Shown: positions 28,623 to 42,784 of the stretch, piece by piece
Layout of the letters: every line of letters starts with the position of its first letter
Position numbering within the stretch: position 1 is the stretch's first letter
Assembly (NCBI GenBank): GCA_028534125.1
Contig: CM052817.1
Coordinates: 8,992,001 to 9,056,000, forward strand
Reading direction: 5' to 3'
DNA length: 64,000 nucleotides
Source: Lama glama
Taxonomy: Eukaryota
Translations under genes and position numbers: made by a program
The notes under the pieces: model-generated
What the model saw: only the letters and a program-made list of their open reading frames with translations
Told to the model about the DNA's origin: nothing
Databases searched by the model: none

Positions 28623-29094
28623 TGTATGTGTTTACCATTGCTGTAGTAACAGATGATCACAAAGGTGATGGCTTAGAAGAATACAAACTTATTATCTTTC
28701 TGGAAGTCAGAAGTCTAAAAATGTGTCAACAGAGCAGAATTCCTTCTCAGACTATAGGGCAAAACCCATTTCTTTGCCTTTCAGCTTTTAGAGGTCACCC
28801 TCATTCTTTGGCCTGCAGATCCCTGCATTATCCTTCCCTTACAGCCTCACTCCAAACTCTCTTTCTTTTGTCATATCTCCTTCTCCAGTCAACTGTCCAC
28901 CTCCCTTTTCACTTATAAATGTCCTTGAGAAAACAATGGGTCCACCTGAATGATCCAGGGTAATCTCTCACCTCAAAGTCCTTAACTTAATCTCCTCTGC
29001 AGAGTCTCTTTGATTATGTAAGGTAATGTGTTCATAGGTTTTGGGGATTAGGATGTGGTCTTTTTTGGGGGGTGGTCATTATCTATGTACCACA
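28623..29094 (-). mobile_element. MaLR solo LTR (MLT1C-like)
   Basis: ttgctgtagtaacaga...ggtgatggcttagaa...ttctggaagtcagaagtctaaaa...gggtccacctgaatgatccagggtaatctc...ccttaacttaatc...ggggattaggatgtgg...taccaca. Confidence 0.85.
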
Positions 29095-30329
29095 TTCAGA
29101 GTGGGTATTATCATTGCTCCTTTTTTAAAGGTTAAAATATTATAATGATGAAAATACCACTCAGAACATAATTATGAAATTCTCCAAAGGTTACACATTT
29201 GTAAGTGAAAGAGCCAGGATTCAGATGCCCTCTGTCTGACTCTGCAGAATTTGTTCTTTCTGCAGAATACACTGAAGAGACTCAGTTTCCTCTAAATCCC
29301 AGAGGGCTGTATTGAATGATCTTTGACGGCCACCTTCTGTCTGATGTTCTGTGGTTCTCCATTCAGGAGAAGAAGCAAAGGCTTGTTCCAACCAGTCTTG
29401 ACCACTGTTGGTTTCTCTTCTCTTGCTCTAAAGAGGGAACATGAGAGTCCTTGGGCATCTGCACCAGAGAATGATGGGAAGTGAGCATTTCCTAAGCAAG
29501 GAATTAGAAAACTGCAGAATGAGCTCTGTTCCTATGTACTACTTGGAATAATAAATGCACAATCTGCTTAAGATGCTGAAATATCCTCCCACAGGGATCT
29601 CTTCTCCTGGCAGCTTGACCGTCAGAATCAATGACAATCATGTTGGCATTTTGCTAATTGAACCAAATAGGAGGTAACTGGTGTTGAGAAATCCTATAAT
29701 GAAGTAATTAGTTGCTCCATCAGTAAATGGAAATAATAATCACAGATTGTTCAAGCTGAAAGTAAACTTTCTGACTGGAGATGGGTGACCTGCAGCCCAG
29801 AAGTGTCTGACACCTGACACAGCTGTTAGGGACAGAGCTGGAACAGACATCCAGGTCTCTGGCTGCTGGTCTAGGATTTTTTTCCACAGGACCATCAGCC
29901 TCTGGAAGTTTGAATGCAAATAGCTGGTTTCGCTGTAAACTGGAGCGTCAGGGGTGCAACAATGTATTACATACACATAACAGCCTTTGTTCCAGGTAAG
30001 GGAGGGATTGCTGAAGAGTCCAGAGTCTTGTGCAGCTGGGGAGAGCCTTTGGGTCCATGTATCCATTCACATGCCACCTGAAGACCTTACCAGCCCACTC
30101 AGCTCTCAAGGACTATTTTCCCTTTTTTTTTAATTACAAAAATAATGGATAATGACTAAAGATAATTTGGAACATTTTTAAAGTAAAAATAAATCATCTG
30201 TCATAAGTTACACATGTTAATCACTATTAATATTATGGAGAATTTCCTTCCAACTTTTTTCTTCTCTACGTCTACTCAACAATTCTTTGGAGAAACCAAC
30301 CCCTCCCTTTATATAACAATAATAAACAT

Positions 30330-30838
30330 CATTGTGGTCCAGTGGTCCTCGCTCTGCTCCCCCAGCCTCTAAGTGAGAAGAGTGAGACCATGGGATCTTT
30401 GCCTGGGTCACAGGGATTTGTTCAAGTGTGGCCACGTGAACCAAGGCTAGCCCACAGAAGACCTCCCTGGGACTTCTGTGAGAGTTTTGGAAAGGGTGTC
30501 CTTACTCTGAAACATGAAGTCTCGGGATCAGATTGGCCATGGGGTCTTGCTTTCACGTGGGGAAAAGTTGTCTACCCAACAATAAATCCAAGACGAAAGA
30601 AACAGAGCTTGGGGGACTAGAGAGAGAGACAGAGAAAGAGGAAGGGAGGGAGGGAAGGGAGGAAGGGGGAATGAGAGAGAGAAAACCCTGAAAACATCAC
30701 TTGATGCCTCGACCTAAATTTGCTTAACACTAGCTTTGCTCAGGAGATTTCCGAGTTTCTATGACCCCATAAATCCCCTTTTGAGGAAGTCAGTTTGAGT
30801 GCCTGTAACTTACAATTGAAAGAAAGCTGAATGATACT
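30330..30838 (+). mobile_element. Old MaLR LTR (MLT1J/K-like)
   Basis: ggtcacagggatttgttcaagtgtggccacgtgaaccaag...aagtcagtttgagt...tgtaacttacaattgaaagaaagctgaatgatac. Confidence 0.6.
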
Positions 30839-31647
30839 GGAATTGGCATCTGGCTGGTGTGTACAAGTGGCAGAGGCCCAAACATGAAACTGGCTAGTTG
30901 AGGCAGGATATGAAGCCATGAGAGGGTGAGATGCCTCCAGCCCCAAAGCAGAGGTTGAAAATCCTTGTGCTAACATGGACTTTTTGTAGCTACTTCAGGC
31001 AATACATGCAGCTCTGTGCCCTGCATTTTTCACTTAGCATAATTGCAGTGATAATGACAATAGTTTGTAATTATTGCACATTGAGTATTGTGTGCTCTGT
31101 ATTTTCCAAGCATCCTCCCATGGTATCACTCAGCCCTATTAGGTATGTGCTATTATAGTCATCATTTGCAGTCCCAAAGTAGTTGAAAAACAAGCTTAAA
31201 TTCAAACAGCTAAAAAGGATGCAAATCTTATTGTTCTGGCCCAGAAAAAGAATTCCTAACTACTCCTATTTTTTCTACTTCATAACCATGTTTCTATGGA
31301 TTACTTATCCTTTGCAAACATTTTTAATAGCAATACACAATTCCATGGAGAACATGTAACAGTAATTTTCATCTTTGGGAAAAGGACACAAATGAAGACA
31401 TAAGGAGAGATGGGTCAAGGCTGCTGAGACAAAGTTTGGATCTTGGTGGCAAAAACAGTGGTTTTTCCAGGGAAAGCAGATTGGCTAAAAACCTTACATG
31501 GAGTGGATCCCCAACGTCCTTCCCCCTGGGCGCTGGTAACTGGTATCAGTTCCCTCCATCCTCACTTCCAGGGGCCCTGCACAGGTAATAAGATGTGCAG
31601 TAACAGAAGAGGAGATCTTTACAGCTGCAGGGGAGAGAGGGAGGCTA

Positions 31648-32445
31648 TTCACTCAACAAAGGTGTGTTGACGCCGCCTGCTCTGTGTCCAGGGCTATAGC
31701 AGTGAACTACACAACAGAAATTCTTGCCCTTACAAAGTGTACATTCTGCTTGGGAAAAAGTAGCTAAATCAACCAATCAATGGAACATATCAATTGAAAA
31801 AGATTGATAAGTGCTAAAGAGTGAAAGGAAACAGGGGAACAGGATAGGGAGACAAAAAAGGTTGCAAGTGAATGGAGTTATCAGAGGAAGTGATGTAGTG
31901 GAGGTGACATTTGAGCAAAGACTTGCAAATTGTGAGGAACTAAGCCACGTGGAAAAGGCATCCCAGGAACGTGTAAACACAAGGGCTCTGAAGCAAGGGA
32001 ATGCTCCACGTGTTAGAGGAAGATCCAGGAGCCCATGTGGCAGGAGTGGAGCCGGTGAGGAGATGAGTACTAGGATATGAGTCAGAGAGGGGACCGGTCA
32101 AGAGCAGACCCTGGGGGGCCTGGCATGCCACGCCACATGAGTTCTTTGGTGTTTGCTTCGAACAAGATGAAGGACACTTGAACAGAGGCGTGAAATAATC
32201 TGACTGAGAGTTTAATAGGATCCCTCTGGTCCATGTGTGAGGAACAGACTGTAAGACGGAAACCAGAGGCAAGGAAATCAATGAAGAGAGATGACAGTGG
32301 CTTGTAATACAGTACTAAGTATGAAGGTACTGAGAAGTGATCAGGTCCTGGACGAGTTAAATACAGAGCAGAAAGGATTGCTGATAGGTTGGATGTGGAG
32401 TGAGGTAGCCAAGGAGTCAGGGATGGTCCCAGGTTTACAGACATC
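31648..32445 (-). mobile_element. L2 LINE fragment
   Basis: attcactcaacaaa tail, then ggaggtgacatttgagcaaagacttg, tttaataggatccctctgg and ggattgctgataggttggatgtgg. Confidence 0.8.
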
Positions 32446-33596
32446 CCCTAAATCATCTTTTTTTGGATGGTTTGAAAGTTGAAGTGGACCTTGTCCCTGA
32501 GATGAAAGTGGGTGGCTGCAGATGGTCCACCGCACACTCCTGTGACAGTTATTTGATGAAATGTGAAGTGATTTTTTAAAAATTATTTTTATTTTAAAAA
32601 AGGTAATTGGCTTTTCCAACACATTGGAATTCTGAAGCATTGTAGGATTATTAGCCTTTAAAAATGTGCCTTTCTCATAATGTTCTAGGTGAGTTCTACT
32701 CTTTTTGCTAGTCTGTTCCTAAATCATATTCTGTTAACTATTTTCTGGTTCTCTGTAGTTTGTGGTAGTGAACAATGGGAATAACTTAAATATCAAGGAA
32801 TTATTTAGACATAAATTGCAGAAGATAACAAAAAAAGTATTTACATTAAATCTTATTGTTATAGTAAAACAATATATAGAGAGAGATCTGGGAAGACTTG
32901 ACATACATACAATGATTTTAACAATAGATGTCAAAGTGGAGGAGATTATGAATGTTCTTTTTAATTTTATTTAATAAGCTTCTGTTACTTTTATACTAAG
33001 AAAAATAAAAGAAATGTAATAAAAGAGGCAGTAATAAAAGTATTAAAAGAATTCTATTGCAGGTTATTTGGGGGGTTCCAAGTAATCTCTTCCTATTCGA
33101 TATTAAGGTTCTTTAATTTTGTTATCCTTAGTGAATAAAGAATCAGTCTGTGGCTGAAAATCATTTTAAAATTGAAAAAGAAACAGAGTTTTAAAAAAAG
33201 TTTTGCAAATAAGAAAGATAGTAATAAAGCATAAATATTTTAACATATTTTATAGGACATGAAAATTACCAATATTGAACTTGAAAGTGAGAGGCTGGGA
33301 TTTTAACTTTCATCAAATCCTCATTTTGGCTCCATTTGTTTTCCCCAAGTAGTTACCTATACAAAAAGAAAATAGGAAGGCATCTGAGGCATCGTGGAGT
33401 AGACAACAGGTGTTGTACTAAAACCCCTCAGTTTTAACCCCAGCACAACTTGTCACTATCATTTTGACCCTGGAAAGTGTATGTTAAATACATACATAGA
33501 TCAGATTCTTCATCTGAACAGTGCTGATGATGAAAATTTCTTCCTCATGACATTGTTGTTGTGAAGAGACAAAAAGATGCATCTAGAGCACCTAAT

Positions 33597-34324
33597 GTGG
33601 TGCAGCCATTATGGAAAACAGTATGGAGATTCCTCAGAAAACAAAAGATAGACTCACCATATGATCCAGCAATCCCACTCTTGGGCATATATCTGGAGGG
33701 AACTCTAATTTGAAAAAATACATGCACCTTGATGTTCATAGGAGCACTACATACAATAGCCAAGACATGGAAACAATCTAAATGTCCATCTATAGATGAA
33801 TGGATAAAGAAGATGTGGTATATCTAAACAATGGAATACTACTCAGCCATCAAAAAGAATAAAATAATGCCATTTGCAGCAACATGGCTGGATCTGGAGA
33901 TCACCATTTTAAGTGAAGTAAGCCAGAAAGAGAAAGAAAAATACCATATAATATCACTCATATGTGGAATCTTAAAAAAAAAAAGAAAAAAAAAGAGGAC
34001 ACTAATGAACTTATCTACAAAACAGAAACAGACTTGCAAACATAGTAAACAATCTTATGATTACTGGGGAAAAGAGGGTGGGGTGGGATAAATTTGGGAG
34101 TTTGAGATTTGAAAAGGTTAACCACTAGATATAAAAATAGATTAAAAAACAAATTTCTTCTGTATAGCACAAGAAACTATATTCAATATCTTTTAATAAT
34201 CTTTAATGAAAACGAATATGATAATGAATATATGTGTATATATGCATAACTGGACATTATGCTATACAAAAAAAATTGACACATTGTAACTGACTATACT
34301 TCAATTTAAAAAAATAAAAAATAA
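33597..34324 (+). mobile_element. Young 5'-truncated L1 (ORF2 C-terminus, 3'UTR, poly-A) inserted in a MIR
   Basis: ORF 33831 reads MEYYSAIKKNKIMPFAATWLDLEITILSEVSQKEKEKYHIISLICG, the L1 ORF2 end. A-tail at 34308-34324; TSD AGCACCTAAT at 33587-33596 and 34325-34334. Confidence 0.93.
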
Positions 34325-35349
34325 AGCACCTAATCGTGAAGTTCATCGTAAGGTTACTTCTCTGTAAATGATGATTGTTATTATCTCTTCAGATTACACT
34401 CAACCTGAAATATCCATTTGTCAATATTCCAGCTTCCAACCTAGATGGTTGCTGCTGCCTGCTGAGATCCTGGGTCCCTGTAGGGGACTCCTTTGTGGCA
34501 AGCACATTCCTCATGTTCTTGATGTGTTCTAAGGGGATGAAACAGAATTGGAATCAGAAAATGCCTATTAGCTTATCACCCCAGACCCAGGAAAGTATTC
34601 TGAAACTCTTCTCAGGAGGCATTGCAGCCTGTTTGCCCAAAGGACACTGTAGATGGAGTTGTCATGTGGTCAGCATATGGCATTTTGTATTATAATCGGT
34701 TGTAATATTTCCTCACTTAGTCTGTTTCCCCAACTAGACTGAACGTTTTTGAAACAGGAACTATGACTGATGTACGTTGCTCTCTTGGTGCCAGGGACAG
34801 TCCATCTTGCAGAGGGTTGCTTATTAAGTGATGGATGAATGGACAGAGGGATATATAAGATCAGACGTTCTCAGCTACATATATGTTTCTGACCTATTTG
34901 GCTTTTTATTTTTTTTTGTAAAACAAAAGAAAGTCATAACAATAGTGCAAAAATAGTCCTATTAATAGCTTTCCAGTTCCATAAATGGGTCAGATTTAGC
35001 TTCCTCTGAGCAGTAACCAATAGTAATAAAAAGGCATAGATTTGATTCCCCAATTCACTGACATAATGTATCTGTTAATTATGTTCACTAGAGGAGAACA
35101 GAGTCTATCTGAAACTCAAAAATGTATTTAACAGTTTTTGTTAAAGTGATGAGAGTGTTAATAATATTAATTGGCCAATGGAGAAGAAGGAAGGGAGAAA
35201 ATGAAGAAGGAAAGCTTATTAAATTCTTAAAGATGAAAACTTGCTGGGCTCAGAAGTATTTATTTATTTATTGAGGCTTACTTTAGAATCTTTATCTTTT
35301 CTCTGATACATACCCATGTAAATTTTATAAGGTTCAACCTAACTTTTCA

Positions 35350-36720
35350 ATAATTTTCAAATGACTAGCCCTCCAACTCCTTCCCTTTCCTAAGCAGATT
35401 ATCTCACCCTCTGTCTCGTGAAGACAATATAAATACAAAAACAAACCAACAATCGGAAACCTGGAAACCAAACCCCTTCATCCACAAACTCTTCTTCCTT
35501 TTTGTAACAGTGGAATCGCTGTCTCTTCTCCCACCTGAAGTGTGATCCCATTACTTTCAACTTGCTCAGGGTCTTATCTATTAATTATCCCTCCTCTTCT
35601 CTCATATAATTTCTGATCTCCTTTTCTATTCATTTCTGCCATCAAAAGGTAAACATCCTCAAATCTGCCCAACTGAAACAAACAACAAAAAAGGCATCCA
35701 TTGTTCCTTTTCCCCTTCCAGCTAACACTCTCTCAACCGTCCCCTATCTCTTCATATCCGAAGTCTAAAGAGAATTCTCTACCTCCACTGTTCCTGTTCA
35801 TTACCCTGCCCTATCATTTCATACATGACAACATATAAATGAATTTGGAAATTAATAGACATTTTCTTCTTATTTTACTGACCATTCAGCAATCCATGTA
35901 CAGCAATCCATGTACAGCAATCCACATACCTATCTATGTACATCTATAGCTCCAGCCCAAGATCTCCTAGAGATGTTCATCTCTGAAATGTTACCACTTC
36001 TTCCCTCCCAGTGAAATGGCTCCAGACTCTGTCACTACCACAACAGCCCCTTACAAGTCCACCTGCTTTCATGGTGCTCCCCTAGACTAATTGTCTGTAA
36101 TGCAACCGGTTTTCAAAACAGATCATGTCTCTGTCACTTGCACCATCCAAGGACTTCCAATTACTCATTGGACAAACTCTATGCTTCTTTTGGCATAAAA
36201 AGCCCTTTGAGTTTTATCCCCTGCATGCCCCTGCAGCCCTTTTTAAGCATCCATAGTCCAGTCAAATAGACTTCTTTCAAGGCCTCAAAACACTAAGCTC
36301 TCACCAAACTCCAAACTTCCCATGTGTTACTATTTTTGCCCAAAACACTGTCTTCCATCACCTCTCTTTCATAAGCCCTTACTAAATCTTTAGGTCTAAG
36401 ATGCATCACCTTTTCTAGGGGACGTTCCTGGAAGTCTAGGCTCCAGCTTCTAGGCTATTTTAGTATTTTAAGTGCTGTTTCTTATATGAGCATCATTTCT
36501 CATAGCACCAAAGCATATTATTCTTATTCTAAAATAATACTCATCACTGAAGTACTCATCACTTCCCTGAAATTTCATACTTAATCATTTGTTTCTGCAA
36601 CTAGCCTGTAAGCTCACAGAAAAAAAAAGCTTGTTTGCTGTGATAGCTCTGAAATCTATGAGAGGGATCCACAAATTGTAGATCAGAAAGATCATTTATG
36701 GAATGAATGAATGATGGACA
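35350..36720 (+). mobile_element. L2 LINE, degenerate, ending in its gaatgaatgaatga tail
   Basis: Pyrimidine-rich L2 body; terminal tttatggaatgaatgaatga near 36700. Confidence 0.6.
35887..35928. repeat. 14-bp tandem repeat, three copies (CAGCAATCCATGTA)
   Basis: Two perfect copies plus cagcaatccacata. Confidence 0.9.
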
Positions 36721-37319
36721 CTCAATAATTAATTAAGACACAATGATTTTAGGTGGTTAATAAAAATGAGTGGCAATCAGAGACTCTTGACTAGGACAGT
36801 AACAATTTTACATTTTATATGTATTTTATATTTAGTATTGAACATGGATTATACTCTCTTGTATCTGTAGATAGTAGCTATTACTGAATTTTAATAATCT
36901 CCATTTCCATCATGGAGTCTATAAAATGCTTTAAAAAAACACATACATGCACATATATAGATATTGCTACATTTCTCTCTTTCCTGCAAAAGGGCCCATC
37001 ACAATATTTTTACTTTACCTTAGCACTCTCATTCCTAGAACTCCTCAGTTTTGAACAAACTGCTTAGTTTCTGGATCATTCCATTTTCTCTTTTCTATCA
37101 GCAACTTCACATCTTTCCATCAGCTGTTCTCTTTCCAAAAGACCCTCCATCTATGTAATTTTATCAGATTTCCTCTTTTTAGGTTCCAGAATTAACTCAA
37201 CTAAAACTTCCCCATTTCTCTACAGAGCAACTAGAAATGCAAGGCCATTTTTTTCTTGTCTTTTACCTCCCAATCTAGCGGAGTGATCAGGACAGATGAG
37301 AATCTTAGGGGAAAAAGAA

Positions 37320-37819
37320 NNNNNNNNNNNNNNNNNNNNNNNNNNNNNNNNNNNNNNNNNNNNNNNNNNNNNNNNNNNNNNNNNNNNNNNNNNNNNNNNN
37401 NNNNNNNNNNNNNNNNNNNNNNNNNNNNNNNNNNNNNNNNNNNNNNNNNNNNNNNNNNNNNNNNNNNNNNNNNNNNNNNNNNNNNNNNNNNNNNNNNNNN
37501 NNNNNNNNNNNNNNNNNNNNNNNNNNNNNNNNNNNNNNNNNNNNNNNNNNNNNNNNNNNNNNNNNNNNNNNNNNNNNNNNNNNNNNNNNNNNNNNNNNNN
37601 NNNNNNNNNNNNNNNNNNNNNNNNNNNNNNNNNNNNNNNNNNNNNNNNNNNNNNNNNNNNNNNNNNNNNNNNNNNNNNNNNNNNNNNNNNNNNNNNNNNN
37701 NNNNNNNNNNNNNNNNNNNNNNNNNNNNNNNNNNNNNNNNNNNNNNNNNNNNNNNNNNNNNNNNNNNNNNNNNNNNNNNNNNNNNNNNNNNNNNNNNNNN
37801 NNNNNNNNNNNNNNNNNNN
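37320..37819. other. Assembly gap (500 N)
   Basis: Run of N. Confidence 1.
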
Positions 37820-40409
37820 CTTGCTTCTGCCCTGTTCTGCCTTCAAGTCTGGTTCCAACACCCTTTAATAGTGGATCCTAACAGCTAGCAAAGCAGAAAC
37901 ATAGGTTGCAGGTTCCCAGCCCCAGTACTAAAAGGAAGAGCATAGAGGAATGGATTTGGTGTTGAGATGTTGAGAGGTCATCGTTTAAATTAAGGTAAAT
38001 ACAGAAATCTTGCTTCCAAAAATCTTAGATGCTTGCATCTTGGATAGGGGAGACATAAAAATTCCTTAATAACACTGAGATTCTGCAGAAGAGTAGCTGA
38101 GTAAGCAAAATGCATTATGAATCTTCATTTTCTCTGCTTGAATATGAATTATTCTATTTTTTACATAAGAATGTAGAGGGTGGGGGAAATGAGGAGAAAT
38201 CAATTTGGATAAAATGATTTTGGGGGGGTGGCTGTGTCAAAGCTGGATGAAAAATTATGTTCTGTTGATAAAATGAACAATGAAAGTATGTGATGGAAAA
38301 CTTTGTGAAACCAGAACCAACTATAGAATCTGATCAGAATTATTTTTTACAAGACTGAAGCAAAACAAAACAAAGTATGCATTTGGACCATCTGCCATTG
38401 GTCCTTAGAAGATAGTGTGGAATTTACCCAAACTTAATTTGTTGACAAAATGACATGCTAGGCAAAACAAATTTAATTTTCCCTCCAAAATCAAGTAAGG
38501 GTTTGCCACAATGGACTTGTCCCATGAATTATATTACCATTTTCCCTTATTTTAACTACTCACAAGGGTCCTTCTGAGAGTGAACACTCTATCATGGAGT
38601 CTTGTAACTCTTTAAATAGGAGGTGCTTAAAATGTTTACTGTTTTCTTGGAACCCCAATGACTCTGCTAACACAGACTCAGATATGAATAACAGCAGCTG
38701 AATCTATAAATGGGAAGTCTACGTTAAGTGTCCAGATAAGACCAGTGTTTCCCCTCAAGCAACAGTATTCTCCTAACCTAAGAAATAATACTAATAAGAT
38801 ACTCTGTAGTTCCAGAGCAAGTTTTTCCATGCTTGGAAATCATATGAACATGGTGTGATCATAATTTTTAAAAGATTTGCTTTGGAAAAGAAAAGAAAAT
38901 GAGGTGATAATTGCTTTATAAAATGTCAGTGCCATGAATTTTTCCAAGGTCAAGATTTTCCCAATTGTTTGTTTTTCTGAAATTTATTTCAGTCCTGTAT
39001 CTTAATTCCCATTTGCAGAGCGTTTTCCAGTTCATGGTGCACTCTTACTGTATGATTTCATCAACTGCAGATCACAACAATATACGAAGAAGAAGTTACT
39101 ATTATATCTCTCTTACGGGTGAGGAAACCAGGGCCCAGAGATTAAGTAATTTCTTGACCAGGATCACACAGCTAGCAAGAGGCAGAGCTGGGATTGGAGT
39201 CTAGTTTGGCCTAGTGCCAAAACTGATGCCTTTTCTAGAAATCTTTGTGGTCACCAGTCCCTGATCTCCATCTTTTTGCTAATCTCAGGAAACCTTGGAG
39301 AATTTTCCATGCATAAAAAGGGCTTCTAGTTTCGCCCATTGTAAACCTGGAGGACAGAGGCTAGTTCCTGTTACTCTCTACGTCCACAGAGCTAGTAAAG
39401 GACTGGAAACAGACTGTCCATCCATTAGACCACCTCTGACTGAGGGATAGAGTTCTCTATCTAACCTACACTCATTATGTCCTGCTGGAGGATGAAGACC
39501 TATAGTCCAGTCACTGGGCCCCAGTAGGGAAGGCAAAAAGGGAAAGGGGAGTGGGGAGGGTTGGAGGGTGAAATTGGAGGCAGAGTCCCAAGCCCCAGAG
39601 GCGCACTCGTGACATACAGAGCCCATGAAACCCACTCAGGTTTTGATCGGCTTCAGGGAGGATTTTGTGGGACAAGGATGAGAAGAGCAGGCCTGGAATA
39701 AGAGTCACCGGGAGCATAGCTGGTACACAAGTTTCTGGGATATCAAAATCCACAGAGCTAACCAGAGGCAGAGGAAGCACAGGTCCTTAAAAATAACCTG
39801 TTCTACTCTCAGACTGTCGAATTTTACAGCTTTGAAGATAGAGACTTAGGGGAAATTCATCAGTCTTGAAAACAATACTAACTAGCATTTGTTGAGTTAA
39901 TCGTCTGAGTCAGACACTCAGCTAAACATTCTACCTGTGTTGCCTCATTTAATCCTCACAACTATTCTATGTTCTCCCTTTTACAGTGAGGAGGGTGAAG
40001 CTCAGAGAGGTAAGTAATTTGCCCAAAGTCACAGAGAAACAACTTTCTAAGCATAAACTTTCCCTTCTGTATAACAAAGATTATAACGGCTCCCCGCTGG
40101 GCTTAATGTCAAGATGAAAAGAGAAAATGTATGTATTGGAACGGAGTCCTGCATACAACAAATAACAGGTCTTCACTCTGTTATTTAAAGCAGAAAAATA
40201 GATACGGTTTGAATGCAGGTGGTTAAAATTCTAGTTTTTCCAGCCAACTATAAAGGTTCAAATACTTGTTTTGACATCTTCATTTGTGCATATTATCTTG
40301 GTTCTGTAAATTGCCCCTGCTTCCTTGTCTCTAGGTGCTAAAAAAAAAAAAAAGTAATGGGATCTGACTTGTAGGGCTATTGTGAGAATTAAATTTGGCT
40401 ATGTATTTC

Positions 40410-40970
40410 AGTAGGCATAATCCCACCATGGCACCCATGATCTCTGTCCCCTGGTGTTACCTGTGCGATCTCCTCCCCTGAATGTGAATGCGTTGCATGG
40501 CTTGCTTCTAACCAATAAAATATGTCAAAGATGTTAGGCTGTCACACCCATGATTAAGTTCCATTATACAAGATTTGGTATTAGCAGAAGAGAGGAAGAG
40601 ATTTCCCTGTGGGCCTCATGGAAACAAATAGCCAAGTTGTAAACGGCCTCTGGAGGGGGCCACGTGTCAGGAAACCATGGGCAGCTTCCAGGAGCTGAGC
40701 ACAGCCTCCAGCTGACCATCAGTAGGAAGTCAGGGTCTTCAGTCATAAAGCTGCAGGGAAATAACCCCACTGAGCTTGAAGGCAGATTATTCCGTAGTTG
40801 AGCCTCCAGTTCAGAATGCAGCCTTACTGGCACCTTGGTTGTAGACTTGTAAGTCCCTAAACAGAGCACCCAGCTCAGACCCCTGACCCACAGAAACTAA
40901 CTGGTAATAAACACGTGTTGTTTTGAGCTGTTAACTGTGTTAATTTCATATTCAGCCCAAGACACCTAAA
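40410..40970 (+). mobile_element. MaLR solo LTR (MLT1E/F-like) interrupting a MIR
   Basis: cttgcttctaaccaataaaatatgtcaaag...ggccacgtgtcaggaa...cagcctccagctgacc...gagcttgaaggcagatt...cctgacccacagaaact...taataaacacgtgttgttttgagctg. Confidence 0.8.
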
Positions 40971-42784
40971 GTTTGCTTGTAAAGCATGGCACAGAGACTT
41001 GCATGTATTAAGCCTTCAAAATATTAGCTGTATTTTCTACATATACCAATCAATAAACAGATGTTTATAAATATTTTTACTTATATATAATATATCTCTA
41101 CAAATGGCTTCCTGAGTTATTGGATCCATGCCTTCTCTATACTTAAAAGGTCTTCTTAGAGTTTTCATGGCTAACTTCTCCTGGGTAAGGCCTGGAATTA
41201 CAGAATTCCACTAGAGGCCCCACTCATCTGTCTTGTAACAGGGACTCAGAGAGGCTGGGAGTGCCTAAGATTCAACTTTATCTAAAATATTAAGGGCCTC
41301 CAAACAAAGAGGGACTCTGTGGAGTAGGTGATTGGGAACAGACTGAACATAATAAACCATGCTGTTTCTTCTTAGGTTTTCCTCACGTTATTAAATTAAG
41401 TGTCAATTTTGGGCAGATTGAATAACAGTAGCAAACATTCAGTTTAACAGCCATGATACTGTAGGCACACACTTTTAAGAGTCTCTCTAAGAGCCGGTTG
41501 GAATTCAGCCTGAGACAAATTCATAAACATGTATTTTATAACCTGCTTAGTAGGTTATTAAAGAAAGAGGCTGGATTTATTTAGCCATTGTTCAATGAGT
41601 GAAAATAGAATACGTTCAGAATGAAGACTTCTGTAAGGCTGTTGGTGTTTGGGAGGCTTCTCCCTCAGACCCCAGGCAACCTCTGAGAAGCTGATGACTC
41701 GTTGGTGAACACACTGACAGAAGCACCAAATGACACGCCAAAAGGAAGTCCCTGTCTTGCTATGCACAGAGTTCTCCTTGGCTTCAACACTGAATGAGGG
41801 GTTCATTCACACAGACTTTTCACACCCATTCTTGCACATTTTCATTACCTCAACCCTGAAAGAAGAAGAGAACTTTTTAAAAATTAACTCATCCTATCTT
41901 TCAACAAATAAGTTGTTGAGTAACTATGATAAGCCAGGAAAAATAAGCACAGAGAAGTGTAAAGAAGTTTAGTGACTCAACAAATGTTACACACCTGGAA
42001 AGCAGAAGTAGGACTCAAACTTTGGCTCAGCTTTGTTGATCTGCTCCTGACATGTCCTCTGACCACAAAGGAATTTACTGGTTTCTGTGATAAGGATGGA
42101 GCTGCAACTTCAAGGGGAGCAAGATTTGGTGAGAATTACCTCCAAAAGAGGAATGGTGGCTTCTTGTTCTGAAGGGTTTTTGCCTGGGGCTGTGAGCACC
42201 ACCCAGGATGTATAGTGATATGCTCCAACCCCAGTCCTCAACAGACGCTCTAACAGAGAGGCACCTCACCATTTCCTGTCCGGTGATCTTCAGACTGGCC
42301 AGTCACTCGTGTTGGGACTTTTGTCTATAATTGCATCACTTTATCATGGACCCTTTCTCTGAAGTTTGCTCTCCAAATATATTTTCTTAGAAGGCTAATG
42401 GGACTGAAAAACCACAACAAAAATCCCACATCACCTATTTCATATTTCATATTCTGTTCTCCATTCCAGCTACACTGGGCATTCATCCCTTTATTTGACT
42501 ACTGTGGACAGAGCACCTCCTGTTAGGAGGGGCAGTCAGGAAAAAATGGATTTCCACTCAGCAAGAATAACTCTCAATCACTTTCCCTTGTGCTGTATGC
42601 ATCTCCCAGCTCTCACCCTCAGTCTTAGCTATAAATGGCTTCTAACTTCTGTTGTAGTACCTTAGCAAAAGCATTCCATTATTTCCAGATGTTGTACAGA
42701 GGTTTACACACCCAGCTACACTAACCAGCTGAAGAGGTATGGAGAAGAATAACTAAAAACGGAGGGACTCTTGGACCCATGCAT

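Noticed and set aside
37220..37888. ORFs of about 200 aa
   Set aside because: Artefacts of translating through the 500-N gap.
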